DNA from: an uncultured Gammaproteobacteria bacterium
Lineage (GTDB): Bacteria; Patescibacteriota; Patescibacteriia; UBA9570
Assembly (NCBI GenBank): GCA_964385285.1
Contig: CAYLOJ010000002.1
Span: 559-64,558 of the forward strand
Reading direction: 5' to 3'
Length of the DNA: 64,000 bases
Part shown: positions 37,263 to 46,621 of the stretch, in pieces
Layout of the letters: each line of letters starts with the position of its first letter
Position numbering within the stretch: the first letter of the stretch is position 1
The notes under the pieces: model-generated
Database searches by the model: none
What the model saw: the letters and a program-made list of their open reading frames with translations, nothing else
Told to the model about the DNA's origin: nothing
Made by a program: the position numbers and the translations under genes

Positions 37263-38327
37263 ATGCGGAATATCGAGCTATCATTTTGGGTGAATCGCAA
37301 GGATGTAGCTTTTTTTACCAAGAATTTTTCCGTGATGCTGGGTGCTGGTTTGACGGTTGTGGAATCGCTGGCCGTTTCAGAAGAACAGACACACGGTAAG
37401 CTACGACGTATTATTCGCAACATGCGTTTATATGTGGAGCAGGGCAATCAATTAGCTGACGCGTTCGCAAAATATCGCCGGCAGTTCTCTCCAGTATTTG
37501 TGGACGTCATTCGTACTGGTGAGTTTTCTGGCAACTTAACGCGTAACGTGCAGCAGTTGGCCAATCGTTTGACGGATGATTTAGAGTTACGGCGCAAGAT
37601 TCGTGGCGCGATGATCTATCCGATGGTCATACTTGCTGGCATTATCGCCCTAGGCACAGTATTATCATTGTTTGTCATGCCCAGATTCATTCGTTTGTTT
37701 AGTTCCCTGGAGGTGGAGTTACCATATTTAACACAGATCACGCTGAAAGTTGCTGGTTGGATGCAAACGTATTGGTGGTGGTTCCTGTTTGCTTGTGTCA
37801 TCGCTGGCATCATCGGCAAGCTATTACTCCGTATTGCTACTCTTGAGCGATTCTGGCATGCCGTGTTGGTGCGACTTCCCATTATCGGTCCGATGATTCG
37901 ATCGATTAATTTAGCTCGGTTCACTGGCACATTAGGTTCACTGTTGAGTAGTGGAGTGCCGATTAGCGAAGCTTTACATTCGGTGGTTCATTCTTGTACC
38001 AATTTATCGTATCAGTATAGTATCCGACGTGCGCTACAGGCTGTAGAAGATGGTGGTAGTTTATCCTCGGTGATTGCGCGAGAGGCATTATTATATCCGC
38101 CGTTAGTAATTCGCATGGTAGCGGTGGGTGAGCGCACGGGGCAACTAGCTGAGTTGCTGAGTTATTTGGGACATTATTATGAAGGAGAAGTAGACAGTAC
38201 GACTAAGCAGTTGGGTGTGTTAATTGAGCCTGTCTTACTATTTGTGATCGGCGCAGTGGTGCTGATTATTGGCTTGGCAGTGATTACCCCGATTTATCAA
38301 TTCACTGCCTCTGTTGGGGCTTTATAA
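37263..38327 (+). CDS. pilC: Type IV pilus platform protein PilC (GspF family)
   Basis: Two GspF-like repeats with 3 TM helices. Lies immediately downstream of pilB. Confidence 0.8.
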   Translation: MRNIELSFWVNRKDVAFFTKNFSVMLGAGLTVVESLAVSEEQTHGKLRRIIRNMRLYVEQGNQLADAFAKYRRQFSPVFVDVIRTGEFSGNLTRNVQQLANRLTDDLELRRKIRGAMIYPMVILAGIIALGTVLSLFVMPRFIRLFSSLEVELPYLTQITLKVAGWMQTYWWWFLFACVIAGIIGKLLLRIATLERFWHAVLVRLPIIGPMIRSINLARFTGTLGSLLSSGVPISEALHSVVHSCTNLSYQYSIRRALQAVEDGGSLSSVIAREALLYPPLVIRMVAVGERTGQLAELLSYLGHYYEGEVDSTTKQLGVLIEPVLLFVIGAVVLIIGLAVITPIYQFTASVGAL

Positions 38328-38329
38328 TT

Positions 38330-38776
38330 ATGGGCGTGGCCCGGGGTTTTTCTTACATTCAACTCCTACTCGTCATCACCATGTTGGCGGTATTGGCTGC
38401 AGTGGCTTCGCCGTATTATTTATCGTGGCAAACTCGTCAGCAAGTGCGTAGTACTAGTGCGATGTTATGGTCAGATCTTCACTATGCGCAAAGTCGAGCC
38501 ATGCAACTTGAACAATCGGACGCATGGGGCGTGCATATAAATCAGAGCCAACATGAATATGTGATTTTTCATGGTTCTACTTATGACAGTAGCGATCTCT
38601 ATAACGAAACAATTACCTATTCAGACGGCGTGACGATTACACCAGATACAGACATTGCATTTGCAGGTTTAACAGGCGCAGTTGCTAGTGACCTTACCTT
38701 AACCATTACGGCTAATGCCTTACCGAGTGAAAGCCGAACCATTACGATCAATGAAGAAGGTCTCATTTCACAATAA
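38330..38776 (+). CDS. Prepilin-type N-terminal domain protein (minor pilin/pseudopilin; Gln rather than Glu at +5)
   Basis: MGVARG^FSYIQLLLVITMLAVLAAVASPYY. Confidence 0.45.
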   Translation: MGVARGFSYIQLLLVITMLAVLAAVASPYYLSWQTRQQVRSTSAMLWSDLHYAQSRAMQLEQSDAWGVHINQSQHEYVIFHGSTYDSSDLYNETITYSDGVTITPDTDIAFAGLTGAVASDLTLTITANALPSESRTITINEEGLISQ

Positions 38777-41700
38777 TTCATCCGGGATATTAATCGTTGA
38801 GGCGGTCATTAGTATTGCTTTATTTGTGATATTTGCAGCCGGAGCGATCTACCTTTTAACTGCTTCTATTTTAACTAGTCGCACCGCACAACGTCATGCC
38901 ACAGCAGCAGCTTATGCGACCGAAGCAATTGAAGCAGTACAAACCATTGACCGGTTAGCTTGGAATGCATTAGCGGATAGTCCAGATAGTACATACGGCT
39001 TGGCTCTATCTGGTGATGATTGGACGCTCACTGCTGAGCCAGATCATCCTGATCTTGCTGGAGACTACACGCGCACCATTCAAATCAGTGATGTCTATCG
39101 TGATAGCAGTAATCTGATCACGGATACGGAGACGGGAAATACATTCGATCCTCATACACGCAAGGTCAATGTTACGATCGATTGGTCAAATGATACTGGT
39201 ACAGCACAGAGTCTAACCACTGCTACCTATTTAACCGATTGGGATGACTCGGCGTTGCAAGAGGATCTGGTGACCGATTGGACAGCGGGAACAGTTGATC
39301 ATTTGCGGGTCAGTAATCTAGATGATGGCGAACTGCAAATAGTACAACCCACTTTAGAGATCGGCACCGTCACCGCCACCAATAGTTGGCAGACCATTAC
39401 GTTATCCAATGAGTATGACGAGGCGGTTGTCGTAGCAAGTGTGTTAGATGGTAATAACCCAAATTCACCGGTGAGTGTACGGGTGCGCAACGTTACGGCC
39501 ACCACCTTTGATCTGCGCTTACAATTTCCAACTGATAACTTTGCACCTAGCACCACGAATAGTGAGCAGGTCAATTATATGGTCATTGAAGCTGGTGTCT
39601 GGACACTGGGAGATGGTAGTACAAAAATTGAAGCGGGGATTGTTCCGTCTGTTTCGCGCGTGAATTGTTCTACCTGTGGTAGCTGGAATCAGGGCACAGA
39701 TGTCTATTTTCAGAGTGGCTTTAGCACGGGTCCTGTAGTGTTACATCAAGTGATGACTGAGAATGATGCTTCGTGGATTACCACGTTTGCGTCGGATGAT
39801 ACCAATGCAGCACTGCCACCTGGCACAGATGGATTTCAAGTGGCATTAAATGGTGCTGAGGTGACTGCTGCGCATAGTGCCGAAGATATCGGCTATATCG
39901 CTTTTCAAAGTGAAACGACAGATCGTTTTGAAGGAGTTAAATTTGAAACCGATCTGACTGGCAATACGGTACGTGGTGCAACGGATGTGCATCGGGTTGA
40001 AAATTTTGATCAAACTTATACTGCCGCACCCATTGTGTTGACTAGCATGTTAACCGCACGTACTACGGAAGGTAACTGGGCTATGTTAGATAGTGTCACA
40101 GCCACGCGTGTCACGCTTTATGCAGATGAAGATCAAACCCTAGATGCAGAACGCACGCATGCTGTTGATTACGCTGGCTATGTGACCTTTGCGACAACCG
40201 GTACGTATTATTTAAACGCGGCCATTACTGCGTATGATGAACCACCCATGGAAGTGGGAGTGATCCGCGGCAGTGCGTCGGGACATATGGAGGTGGGCAC
40301 GACCACGGCGTCGAGTAGTTGGTCAACCATTACATTAACGAATACATACACTAAGCCAGTGGTGATTGTGAGTTTATTGGATGGCAATAATCCGAATAGT
40401 CCAGTTTCCACGCGCGTCAAGAATGCCAGTGGCAATAGTTTTGAGGTGCGTTTAGATTTTCCTAACGATCGCTTTGCGCCGGTCACTACGAATAGTGAGA
40501 CGGTCTATTACATGGTTGTGGAGGCTGGTGTTTGGTTAATGGGTGATGGTAAAACAAAGGTGGAAGCCAATATTGCTGAAGATGTTTCTCGGGTGAACTG
40601 TTTTACCTGTGGTTCATGGAATAATGGTACGCAGATTGTACACACCAGTGGTTACAGTGCCAATCCCGTATTTTTGCATCAAGTGATGAGTGAGAATAGT
40701 TCAGCTTGGATCAGCTCCTTTGCTTCCAATAGTACGGATTATCGTAGCCCACCAGGCACGAATGGTTTTCGCATTGCACTGAACGGTGCTAGTGTCACCT
40801 CCACCCATGCCGCAGAAGACATCGGTTATGTGGTAATGGAGACAGAAAAAGTGGACACTGCTAATAGTATTCAGTATGAGACAGATACCACAGGGATTAG
40901 TGTACGTGGCTTCGACGATGCGCGTTACAGTGAAAGTTTTGATCAAGCCTATACTACAGCTCCATTAGTATTGGTTTCACAGTTAGGCATGCGTGGCACC
41001 GAGGGAAGTTGGGCGATGATAGATAGTATTACTACTACCACCCTCACTATGTATGAAGATGAGGATCAAGCAACCGATCGTGAACGGTCGCACCAAGCGG
41101 AATATTACGCGTATTCGGCATTTGCATCCGCGGGTAGCTTCACTCTAACGGATCAGACGTTTTTGCAAAATCCAGTGAGTATTTCTTTGAATAATACCTA
41201 CACGAATCCCGTGGTCATCACGACTCCATTTTTTACGAATGATCAAAATTCGCCAGCGTCAGTACGGGTGTATGATGTGACTAGTAATAGTTTTACAGCA
41301 AAACTAGATTTTCCAACTGATCGTTTTACACCTACCAATACCAGCTATTCTAACGATGTGTATTATATGGTGATTGAAGCGGGGACCTGGCAAATTGGTG
41401 ATCTGAAGATTGAAGCTCATGTGGACAATATTTCTACTGTGAATTCATTAACGAATGGATGGACCGGCACAACCACAACTTTTGATCATGCCTTTACGGC
41501 TGCACCCATTGTATTGCAACAAGTGATGAGTAATAGTGATACGGCCTGGATTACCACCTGGCTCGCGCGCACGGCTGATCGCACTAATCCTCCTTCCTAC
41601 ACCTCAATGCAGATCGGTTTGAATGCAGCTGAGGTGGCCACAAGTAATGCGCATGGTCCGGAAGATGTGGGTTGGGTCGCCTTTTCGAACATTGGGTCTG

Positions 41701-42338
41701 GCACTGTAGATGCATATGATTTTAGAACTTTCTTTCAGTTAGATTTGCCGTTTGGGCATCAAAATGGTTGCTATACATTTACACCTGGTGATACCTATGC
41801 TGATCCGATTCCACTCATTTCACAAATGAGCATGGATGGAGCGGAGGGTTCGTGGCCTTCGATCTGTTCATTATCTACTACGACGGTTGGTGTGCACGTG
41901 GAAGAAGATGATTATTTAGATAGCGAGCGCTCGCATACAGATGAGGCCATTGGCGCTATTGTCTTTGATGGTGCATTTGCCTATGCAGGCAGCACTAACC
42001 CAGATAACCATACCAGTGGTACCTATGAATCTCCGGTATTAGGTGATAGCGCACTCTGGCGCAACTTCAATATTGTGCAATGGGTAGAAGATATCGATTG
42101 TGCCAATTGTGCAATCGAAATCCAGGTGCGGACAGGCGATTCTGTTGGGGCAGTCGGCAGCGCTACCTACATTGGTCCGGATGGTACTGCTGATACCTAT
42201 TATGATAGCTCTGCTGGGGCACTACTTAGCTTAGAACATCTGAGCCAGCCCTATATTCAGTATCAGGTCACCATGCGTGGTTCTACGGTGCGTTCGCCAA
42301 TATTTTACGATGCTACCATTTGGGGCTATGCACAATAA
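38751..42338 (+). CDS. Giant pilin-like protein (1196 aa) with a prepilin N-terminus and three tandem ~280-aa internal repeats (putative tip adhesin)
   Basis: MKKVSFHNNSSG^ILIVEAVISIALFVIF has Glu at +5. Repeats at about 39365-40205, 40297-41125 and 41166-41960 share W-TI-L-N-Y-PVV...GNNPNSPVS-RV, YMV-EAGVW-GDG-TK-EA, SRVNC-TCGSWN and FDQ-YT-AP-VL...TEG-WAM-DS. Confidence 0.5.
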   Translation: MKKVSFHNNSSGILIVEAVISIALFVIFAAGAIYLLTASILTSRTAQRHATAAAYATEAIEAVQTIDRLAWNALADSPDSTYGLALSGDDWTLTAEPDHPDLAGDYTRTIQISDVYRDSSNLITDTETGNTFDPHTRKVNVTIDWSNDTGTAQSLTTATYLTDWDDSALQEDLVTDWTAGTVDHLRVSNLDDGELQIVQPTLEIGTVTATNSWQTITLSNEYDEAVVVASVLDGNNPNSPVSVRVRNVTATTFDLRLQFPTDNFAPSTTNSEQVNYMVIEAGVWTLGDGSTKIEAGIVPSVSRVNCSTCGSWNQGTDVYFQSGFSTGPVVLHQVMTENDASWITTFASDDTNAALPPGTDGFQVALNGAEVTAAHSAEDIGYIAFQSETTDRFEGVKFETDLTGNTVRGATDVHRVENFDQTYTAAPIVLTSMLTARTTEGNWAMLDSVTATRVTLYADEDQTLDAERTHAVDYAGYVTFATTGTYYLNAAITAYDEPPMEVGVIRGSASGHMEVGTTTASSSWSTITLTNTYTKPVVIVSLLDGNNPNSPVSTRVKNASGNSFEVRLDFPNDRFAPVTTNSETVYYMVVEAGVWLMGDGKTKVEANIAEDVSRVNCFTCGSWNNGTQIVHTSGYSANPVFLHQVMSENSSAWISSFASNSTDYRSPPGTNGFRIALNGASVTSTHAAEDIGYVVMETEKVDTANSIQYETDTTGISVRGFDDARYSESFDQAYTTAPLVLVSQLGMRGTEGSWAMIDSITTTTLTMYEDEDQATDRERSHQAEYYAYSAFASAGSFTLTDQTFLQNPVSISLNNTYTNPVVITTPFFTNDQNSPASVRVYDVTSNSFTAKLDFPTDRFTPTNTSYSNDVYYMVIEAGTWQIGDLKIEAHVDNISTVNSLTNGWTGTTTTFDHAFTAAPIVLQQVMSNSDTAWITTWLARTADRTNPPSYTSMQIGLNAAEVATSNAHGPEDVGWVAFSNIGSGTVDAYDFRTFFQLDLPFGHQNGCYTFTPGDTYADPIPLISQMSMDGAEGSWPSICSLSTTTVGVHVEEDDYLDSERSHTDEAIGAIVFDGAFAYAGSTNPDNHTSGTYESPVLGDSALWRNFNIVQWVEDIDCANCAIEIQVRTGDSVGAVGSATYIGPDGTADTYYDSSAGALLSLEHLSQPYIQYQVTMRGSTVRSPIFYDATIWGYAQ

Positions 42339-42342
42339 CTGG

Positions 42343-42840
42343 ATGATTAAATTACGTCATGGTTTTTCACTCTTTGAGGTGATTGTGTATATTGCGATCA
42401 TTAGCGTGGTGATGACCGCAGTCTTAAGTATCGTTGCACGCAGTGTGTTAAATCGTGTGAAAGCGGAGGCGCTGTTTAGTGTCACTAGTAGTACTCGCTT
42501 TGCGATGGAACGCATGGTGCAAGATATCCGGGCCGCTGCGGATATTGATGAGACAGATTTAGCCAGTAACGTACTGACGGTCGAATCAGCTCAAGGGGTG
42601 ATTCGGCAGTACGCGGTGATTAATGATCAATTAACTGTCTCTACCAACGGCGCTACTCCCATTGCCCTCACCCCAGACAACCTGATGGTGACCGAGTTTA
42701 GCCTGGCTGATCGCACTACAGTGGGGACTGCTACAACCGCGGTGGAAGTGACCTTAACACTGGAAACGGTCAGTACTAATCCTAGCCCTGAATACCATGC
42801 CGATTTTAGTTTAGAAACTACTGCTACGAGTCGTTTATGA
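42343..42840 (+). CDS. Prepilin-type pseudopilin
   Basis: MIKLRHG^FSLFEVIVYIAIISVVMTAVLSIVA has Glu at +5. Confidence 0.55.
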   Translation: MIKLRHGFSLFEVIVYIAIISVVMTAVLSIVARSVLNRVKAEALFSVTSSTRFAMERMVQDIRAAADIDETDLASNVLTVESAQGVIRQYAVINDQLTVSTNGATPIALTPDNLMVTEFSLADRTTVGTATTAVEVTLTLETVSTNPSPEYHADFSLETTATSRL

Positions 42841-43235
42841 AAATCACGCGAATTTTACCACCAGGCTATGCCGCCTTAATCACTGTAGTGATGGTCATGT
42901 TAACCGTTACAGCCATTGGCTTCACTCTCACGGTGCTTAGTGCTGATAATCTATTAAGTACTCTGCGGTATGATGCCGGCATCCAAACACAAGCTGTGGC
43001 AGACAGTTGCGCATATGAGGCCGCTTTACAGATGCGTGATCTCGGGTTGGCCTATGTGGGTACACATACACTGACTATTGGTGAAGATCAATGCACGATG
43101 ATCGTGACTAATACGAGTGGAACAATCTTGGAGGTAGCGATTGATGCACAGCATGACCAATATCATCGTTTAGTAGAACAGACCATGGACGTCAGTGATG
43201 ATCGTATCTTGCTCTGGCAGGAAGTAGGCGATTAA
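42837..43235 (+). CDS. Hypothetical minor pilus component (membrane-anchored)
   Basis: N-terminal hydrophobic segment (LPPGYAALITVVMVMLTVTAIGF), non-canonical for prepilin. Sits in the pilus operon. Confidence 0.3.
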   Translation: MKITRILPPGYAALITVVMVMLTVTAIGFTLTVLSADNLLSTLRYDAGIQTQAVADSCAYEAALQMRDLGLAYVGTHTLTIGEDQCTMIVTNTSGTILEVAIDAQHDQYHRLVEQTMDVSDDRILLWQEVGD

Positions 43236-43250
43236 GCTACAATTATTTTC

Positions 43251-44279
43251 ATGCGCATCTTAGGACTCAATTTATCTGATGCTTCCGCCGAACTTGTCGA
43301 ATTGAGTGGTGGTTTATTGCAACGTCCAGGTTGGACCACACATCTTCGAGTTGAGCTATCGGAAGGGATCGTAACGAACGGCATTATTCATGATGTCAGT
43401 CTATTGGCGAGCAAGTTAAAAGGGCAGTTTCGCCCGGGCAATTTAGCGATGTCCATTCCTGAATCTCAAGTGTATTCCCGTTGGTTGCGTTTTCCTGCCA
43501 AGACAAAACTCAGTGAAATTCGCGCGACGATCGCTCAACATGCGGCTGAATATTTTCCGTTTGAGGCTCATGAGATTGTGTTTGATTGCGTTTCCGCTGG
43601 CCAACACGGAGAATCGCAAGATGTCTTTACAGCAGCTGTACCACATTTGGTTTTGAATAGCTACCGTGAATTTGCTAAGGCTTTGGATTGTACATTAGTT
43701 AGGTTAGAACTAGAGTCACTTAGTTCTGCCCGCGCGACTCTACCTAGTTTGCCTAAGGTCGGCGCTACGCTATTATTAGATATTGGAGCACGGACTACAA
43801 TCGCCAGTTGGTTTACTGATCAGGGTTTGCGTTTCACGTTCAATGTGCCGTTGGCAGGGCAATATTTTACCGAACGGATTCAGCAAGGCTTAAAATTGAC
43901 TGCACTAGAAGCCGAGCGTCTGAAGCAAACACAGGGACTCAGCGGAAAAGTGGAATCAGTGTTAGTTGCGGCTTTAGAACCATTGGTGAAGTCGCTGAAT
44001 GAGGGGATTAGTTATGTGCAATCAGAGTGGCAGATTGATACCAAAGCAATCGTATTGATTGGCGGGTCTTCCCAGTTGCCAAAATTAGCGGATTATCTAG
44101 CCACTCAATTTCAGGTTACTACCAACTTACCACCAGCGTTGCCCTGGCAAACCACATATGGTATGGTATCTGCGTCAGATCAGGAGGGGAATTATATGCT
44201 TAATGCCGTAGGGTTAGCCCTAGGTGAGCTAAAGGCCTATCGTGACTGGCCAACCGTTAACTTTTTAAATACAAAATAA
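43251..44279 (+). CDS. pilM: Type IV pilus assembly protein PilM (actin-like ATPase)
   Basis: N-terminus MRILGLNLSDASAELVEL. C-terminal LIGGSSQLPKLADYLATQF. Actin/Hsp70-like fold within the pilus operon. Confidence 0.7.
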   Translation: MRILGLNLSDASAELVELSGGLLQRPGWTTHLRVELSEGIVTNGIIHDVSLLASKLKGQFRPGNLAMSIPESQVYSRWLRFPAKTKLSEIRATIAQHAAEYFPFEAHEIVFDCVSAGQHGESQDVFTAAVPHLVLNSYREFAKALDCTLVRLELESLSSARATLPSLPKVGATLLLDIGARTTIASWFTDQGLRFTFNVPLAGQYFTERIQQGLKLTALEAERLKQTQGLSGKVESVLVAALEPLVKSLNEGISYVQSEWQIDTKAIVLIGGSSQLPKLADYLATQFQVTTNLPPALPWQTTYGMVSASDQEGNYMLNAVGLALGELKAYRDWPTVNFLNTK

Positions 44280-44282
44280 GTT

Positions 44283-44765
44283 ATGAAAGTTCTCCGTAAG
44301 TTCCGTCGTGGTTTTACACTCGTTGAATTGCTCATCGTGATTGCAGTGATCTCTATTTTGGCAGCGGTTGCCTTTGTGGCTATTGATCCAGCTACGCGTA
44401 TTAATCAAGCTCAAGATTCAGAGCGTTGGAGTGCAGTGAATGCGTTAATGGATGCATTTTTAGATTCCACAGTTGATAATGATGGCAACTATCCAGCCGG
44501 TGTCTCGGCCAATGGTACAGTACATATGATTTCTAGCAGCGGTACTTGCACAGACGCAATTTCTGGTTGCCCAACAGCCGTCAGTACCTGCACAGATTTT
44601 GATTCCTTAGTCACCGATGGTTATATTGCAAGTTTGCCGGCAGACCCTGATGGTGTCACCACATATGGTGGCGGCTATGGATATACGCTATCGGTTGCTT
44701 CGAATGGCATCGTTTCCGTTGCCTCCTGTGGTGCGGAAGAAGACACGATTGAAGTGTCCCGCTAA
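44283..44765 (+). CDS. pilA: Type IV major pilin
   Basis: MKVLRKFRRG^FTLVELLIVIAVISILAAVAFVAI is the canonical class III signal with Glu at +5. Cys pair in the C-terminal domain. Confidence 0.8.
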   Translation: MKVLRKFRRGFTLVELLIVIAVISILAAVAFVAIDPATRINQAQDSERWSAVNALMDAFLDSTVDNDGNYPAGVSANGTVHMISSSGTCTDAISGCPTAVSTCTDFDSLVTDGYIASLPADPDGVTTYGGGYGYTLSVASNGIVSVASCGAEEDTIEVSR

Positions 44766-44790
44766 ATAGTCCAATCATCATCATAAAGAA

Positions 44791-44821
44791 ATAGAGACGT
44801 AGTATTACGTCTCTATTTTTG
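44791..44821 (+). terminator. Rho-independent terminator after pilA; TAGAGACG hairpin family
   Basis: ATAGAGACGTA-gtat-TACGTCTCTAT followed by TTTTT. Confidence 0.75.
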
Positions 44822-44836
44822 CTTGCTGTTCGAATG

Positions 44837-44920
44837 TGCCGCGAGAGAGAATCGAACTCTCATGAGTGTGAACCCGTACGATTTTGAGTCGTATGCGTCT
44901 ACCAATTCCGCCATCGCGGC
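44837..44920 (-). tRNA. tRNA-Leu (anticodon CAA), class II with a long variable arm
   Basis: The reverse complement reads GCCGCGA-tg-GCGG-AATTGGTAGA-CGC-A-TACGA-CTCAAAA-TCGTA-long variable arm-GAGAG-TTCGATT-CTCTC-TCGCGGC-A. 84 nt. Confidence 0.8.
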
Positions 44921-45000
44921 TTACTGCTGTGACGCGCTTGATCATATACAGTTTTGAATTCAGTGTCAACTTCAAGAAAGCATGGTGATCGTGTATACTA

Positions 45001-45768
45001 TTGAGCATGGCTAGAATCATTGCATTTGCTAATCAAAAGGGTGGAGTGGGTAAAACAACGACGGCTGTTAATGTGGCTAGTTTTTTGGCCTTATCTGGTA
45101 AAAAAGTCCTCCTAATTGATGCTGATCCACAGGCCAATGCCACGAGCAATTTAGGAATCAATGCTAAGCAGCTACAGCGTGGCGTCTATGATGTTCTGAT
45201 TGGACAACATTCGCTACGGGATGTGTTATTTCAGACCGCCGTGGATAATTTGCATATCGCCCCAGCCACATCAGCATTAGCTGGTGCTACCGTCGAATTA
45301 GTGCCGCTCGAGCGACGAGAGTTTCGTCTACACGAGGCTGTGCAGAGCGTCGCGTATTACTATGATTATATCATTATCGATTGCCCACCTTCACTCGATG
45401 TATTGACGTTAAATGCCTTGGTGGCGGCGACAGAGGTGATTGTTCCGGTGCAGTGTGAATACTTTGCCTTAGAGGGCTTAGGACAATTGCTGCATACGAT
45501 TACGTTAGTGCAGCAACACCTACAACCAACGTTGAAAGTCACTGGTGCGGTGATTACGATGTTTGATAAACGTAACTCACTCTCGAAAGAGGTAATGGGT
45601 GAATTAGAGAAATTTTTTCCAGATCGCTTGTTTAAAGCGGTGATTCCACGCAATGTGACCTTGGCCGAGGCTCCATCCTTTGGTCAGCCGATTGCCATTT
45701 ATGATAAGAAATCGAAGGGTGGAAAAGCCTATGCTGATCTTACAGAAGAAATTATGCTATACTCTTAA
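45001..45768 (+). CDS. parA: Chromosome partitioning ATPase ParA/Soj
   Basis: Deviant Walker A IIAFANQKGGVGKTTTAVNVA. 255 aa. Adjacent to parB. Confidence 0.85.
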   Translation: MSMARIIAFANQKGGVGKTTTAVNVASFLALSGKKVLLIDADPQANATSNLGINAKQLQRGVYDVLIGQHSLRDVLFQTAVDNLHIAPATSALAGATVELVPLERREFRLHEAVQSVAYYYDYIIIDCPPSLDVLTLNALVAATEVIVPVQCEYFALEGLGQLLHTITLVQQHLQPTLKVTGAVITMFDKRNSLSKEVMGELEKFFPDRLFKAVIPRNVTLAEAPSFGQPIAIYDKKSKGGKAYADLTEEIMLYS

Positions 45769-45773
45769 GTGAT

Positions 45774-46619
45774 ATGGCTTTAGGTCGTGGTTTAAGTTCA
45801 CTCATCCCATCAAAACAGTCTCCAGGCCCGGAGTCTGATTTAACGTCCGTGTCCCAGGCTACCATTCTAGATGTGCCGGTAGATCAGATTGTTCCGAATC
45901 CGCACCAACCACGCTTACAGTTCGCCCATCATCAGTTAGAAGAGTTGATTGCATCCATTAAAGAGCATGGTGTACTGCAGCCATTATTAGTGACCAAAGC
46001 GGAACATGGCTACGAACTGATTGCTGGAGAGCGCCGATTACGGGCTTCAAAATTAGCTGGACGCGCCACTGTGCCGGTCATTGTGCGTGATGCCAAAGAA
46101 TTGCAAAAAGTAGAAATTGCACTTATTGAAAATATTCAGCGTGCGGATTTAAATCCGATGGAAAAAGCGGAAGGCTATCGAAAATTATTGCAGGAATTCG
46201 GCTTAACCCATGATGAAGCTGCCCGCAAGTTGGGTTTATCACGCTCAACGTTTTCGAACACATTGCGACTATTGGATCTACCTGGTGATATGCAGAAGGC
46301 GTTGGGGGACGGGAAAATTACTGAGGGCCACGCTAAGTTGTTGCTAGGCCTAGAAACTGAACGAGAACAACGCAAATATTTTGAATTAATTCAGACTGAT
46401 CATCTCTCTGTACAACGTCTCTCGAAAGCGGTGGCGGGAAAAACGAAGCAGCCACGCGCCACGGGGTCTGGCAACGTTCAACTCAACGCCTATCAAGAAG
46501 AGTTAGCACTAACCTTAGGCACGAAAGTAACCATTACACCCAGACAAATTTTGATCGATTATTACTCGCCAGAGGAGTTGGCGACTTTAATCCGCAAGCT
46601 GACGCGCAGTCGTCCGTAA
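45774..46619 (+). CDS. parB: Chromosome partitioning protein ParB/Spo0J
   Basis: ParB N-terminal motif GERRLRAS and the HTH region GLTHDEAARKLGLSRSTFSNTLRLL. Confidence 0.85.
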   Translation: MALGRGLSSLIPSKQSPGPESDLTSVSQATILDVPVDQIVPNPHQPRLQFAHHQLEELIASIKEHGVLQPLLVTKAEHGYELIAGERRLRASKLAGRATVPVIVRDAKELQKVEIALIENIQRADLNPMEKAEGYRKLLQEFGLTHDEAARKLGLSRSTFSNTLRLLDLPGDMQKALGDGKITEGHAKLLLGLETEREQRKYFELIQTDHLSVQRLSKAVAGKTKQPRATGSGNVQLNAYQEELALTLGTKVTITPRQILIDYYSPEELATLIRKLTRSRP

Positions 46620-46621
46620 CG

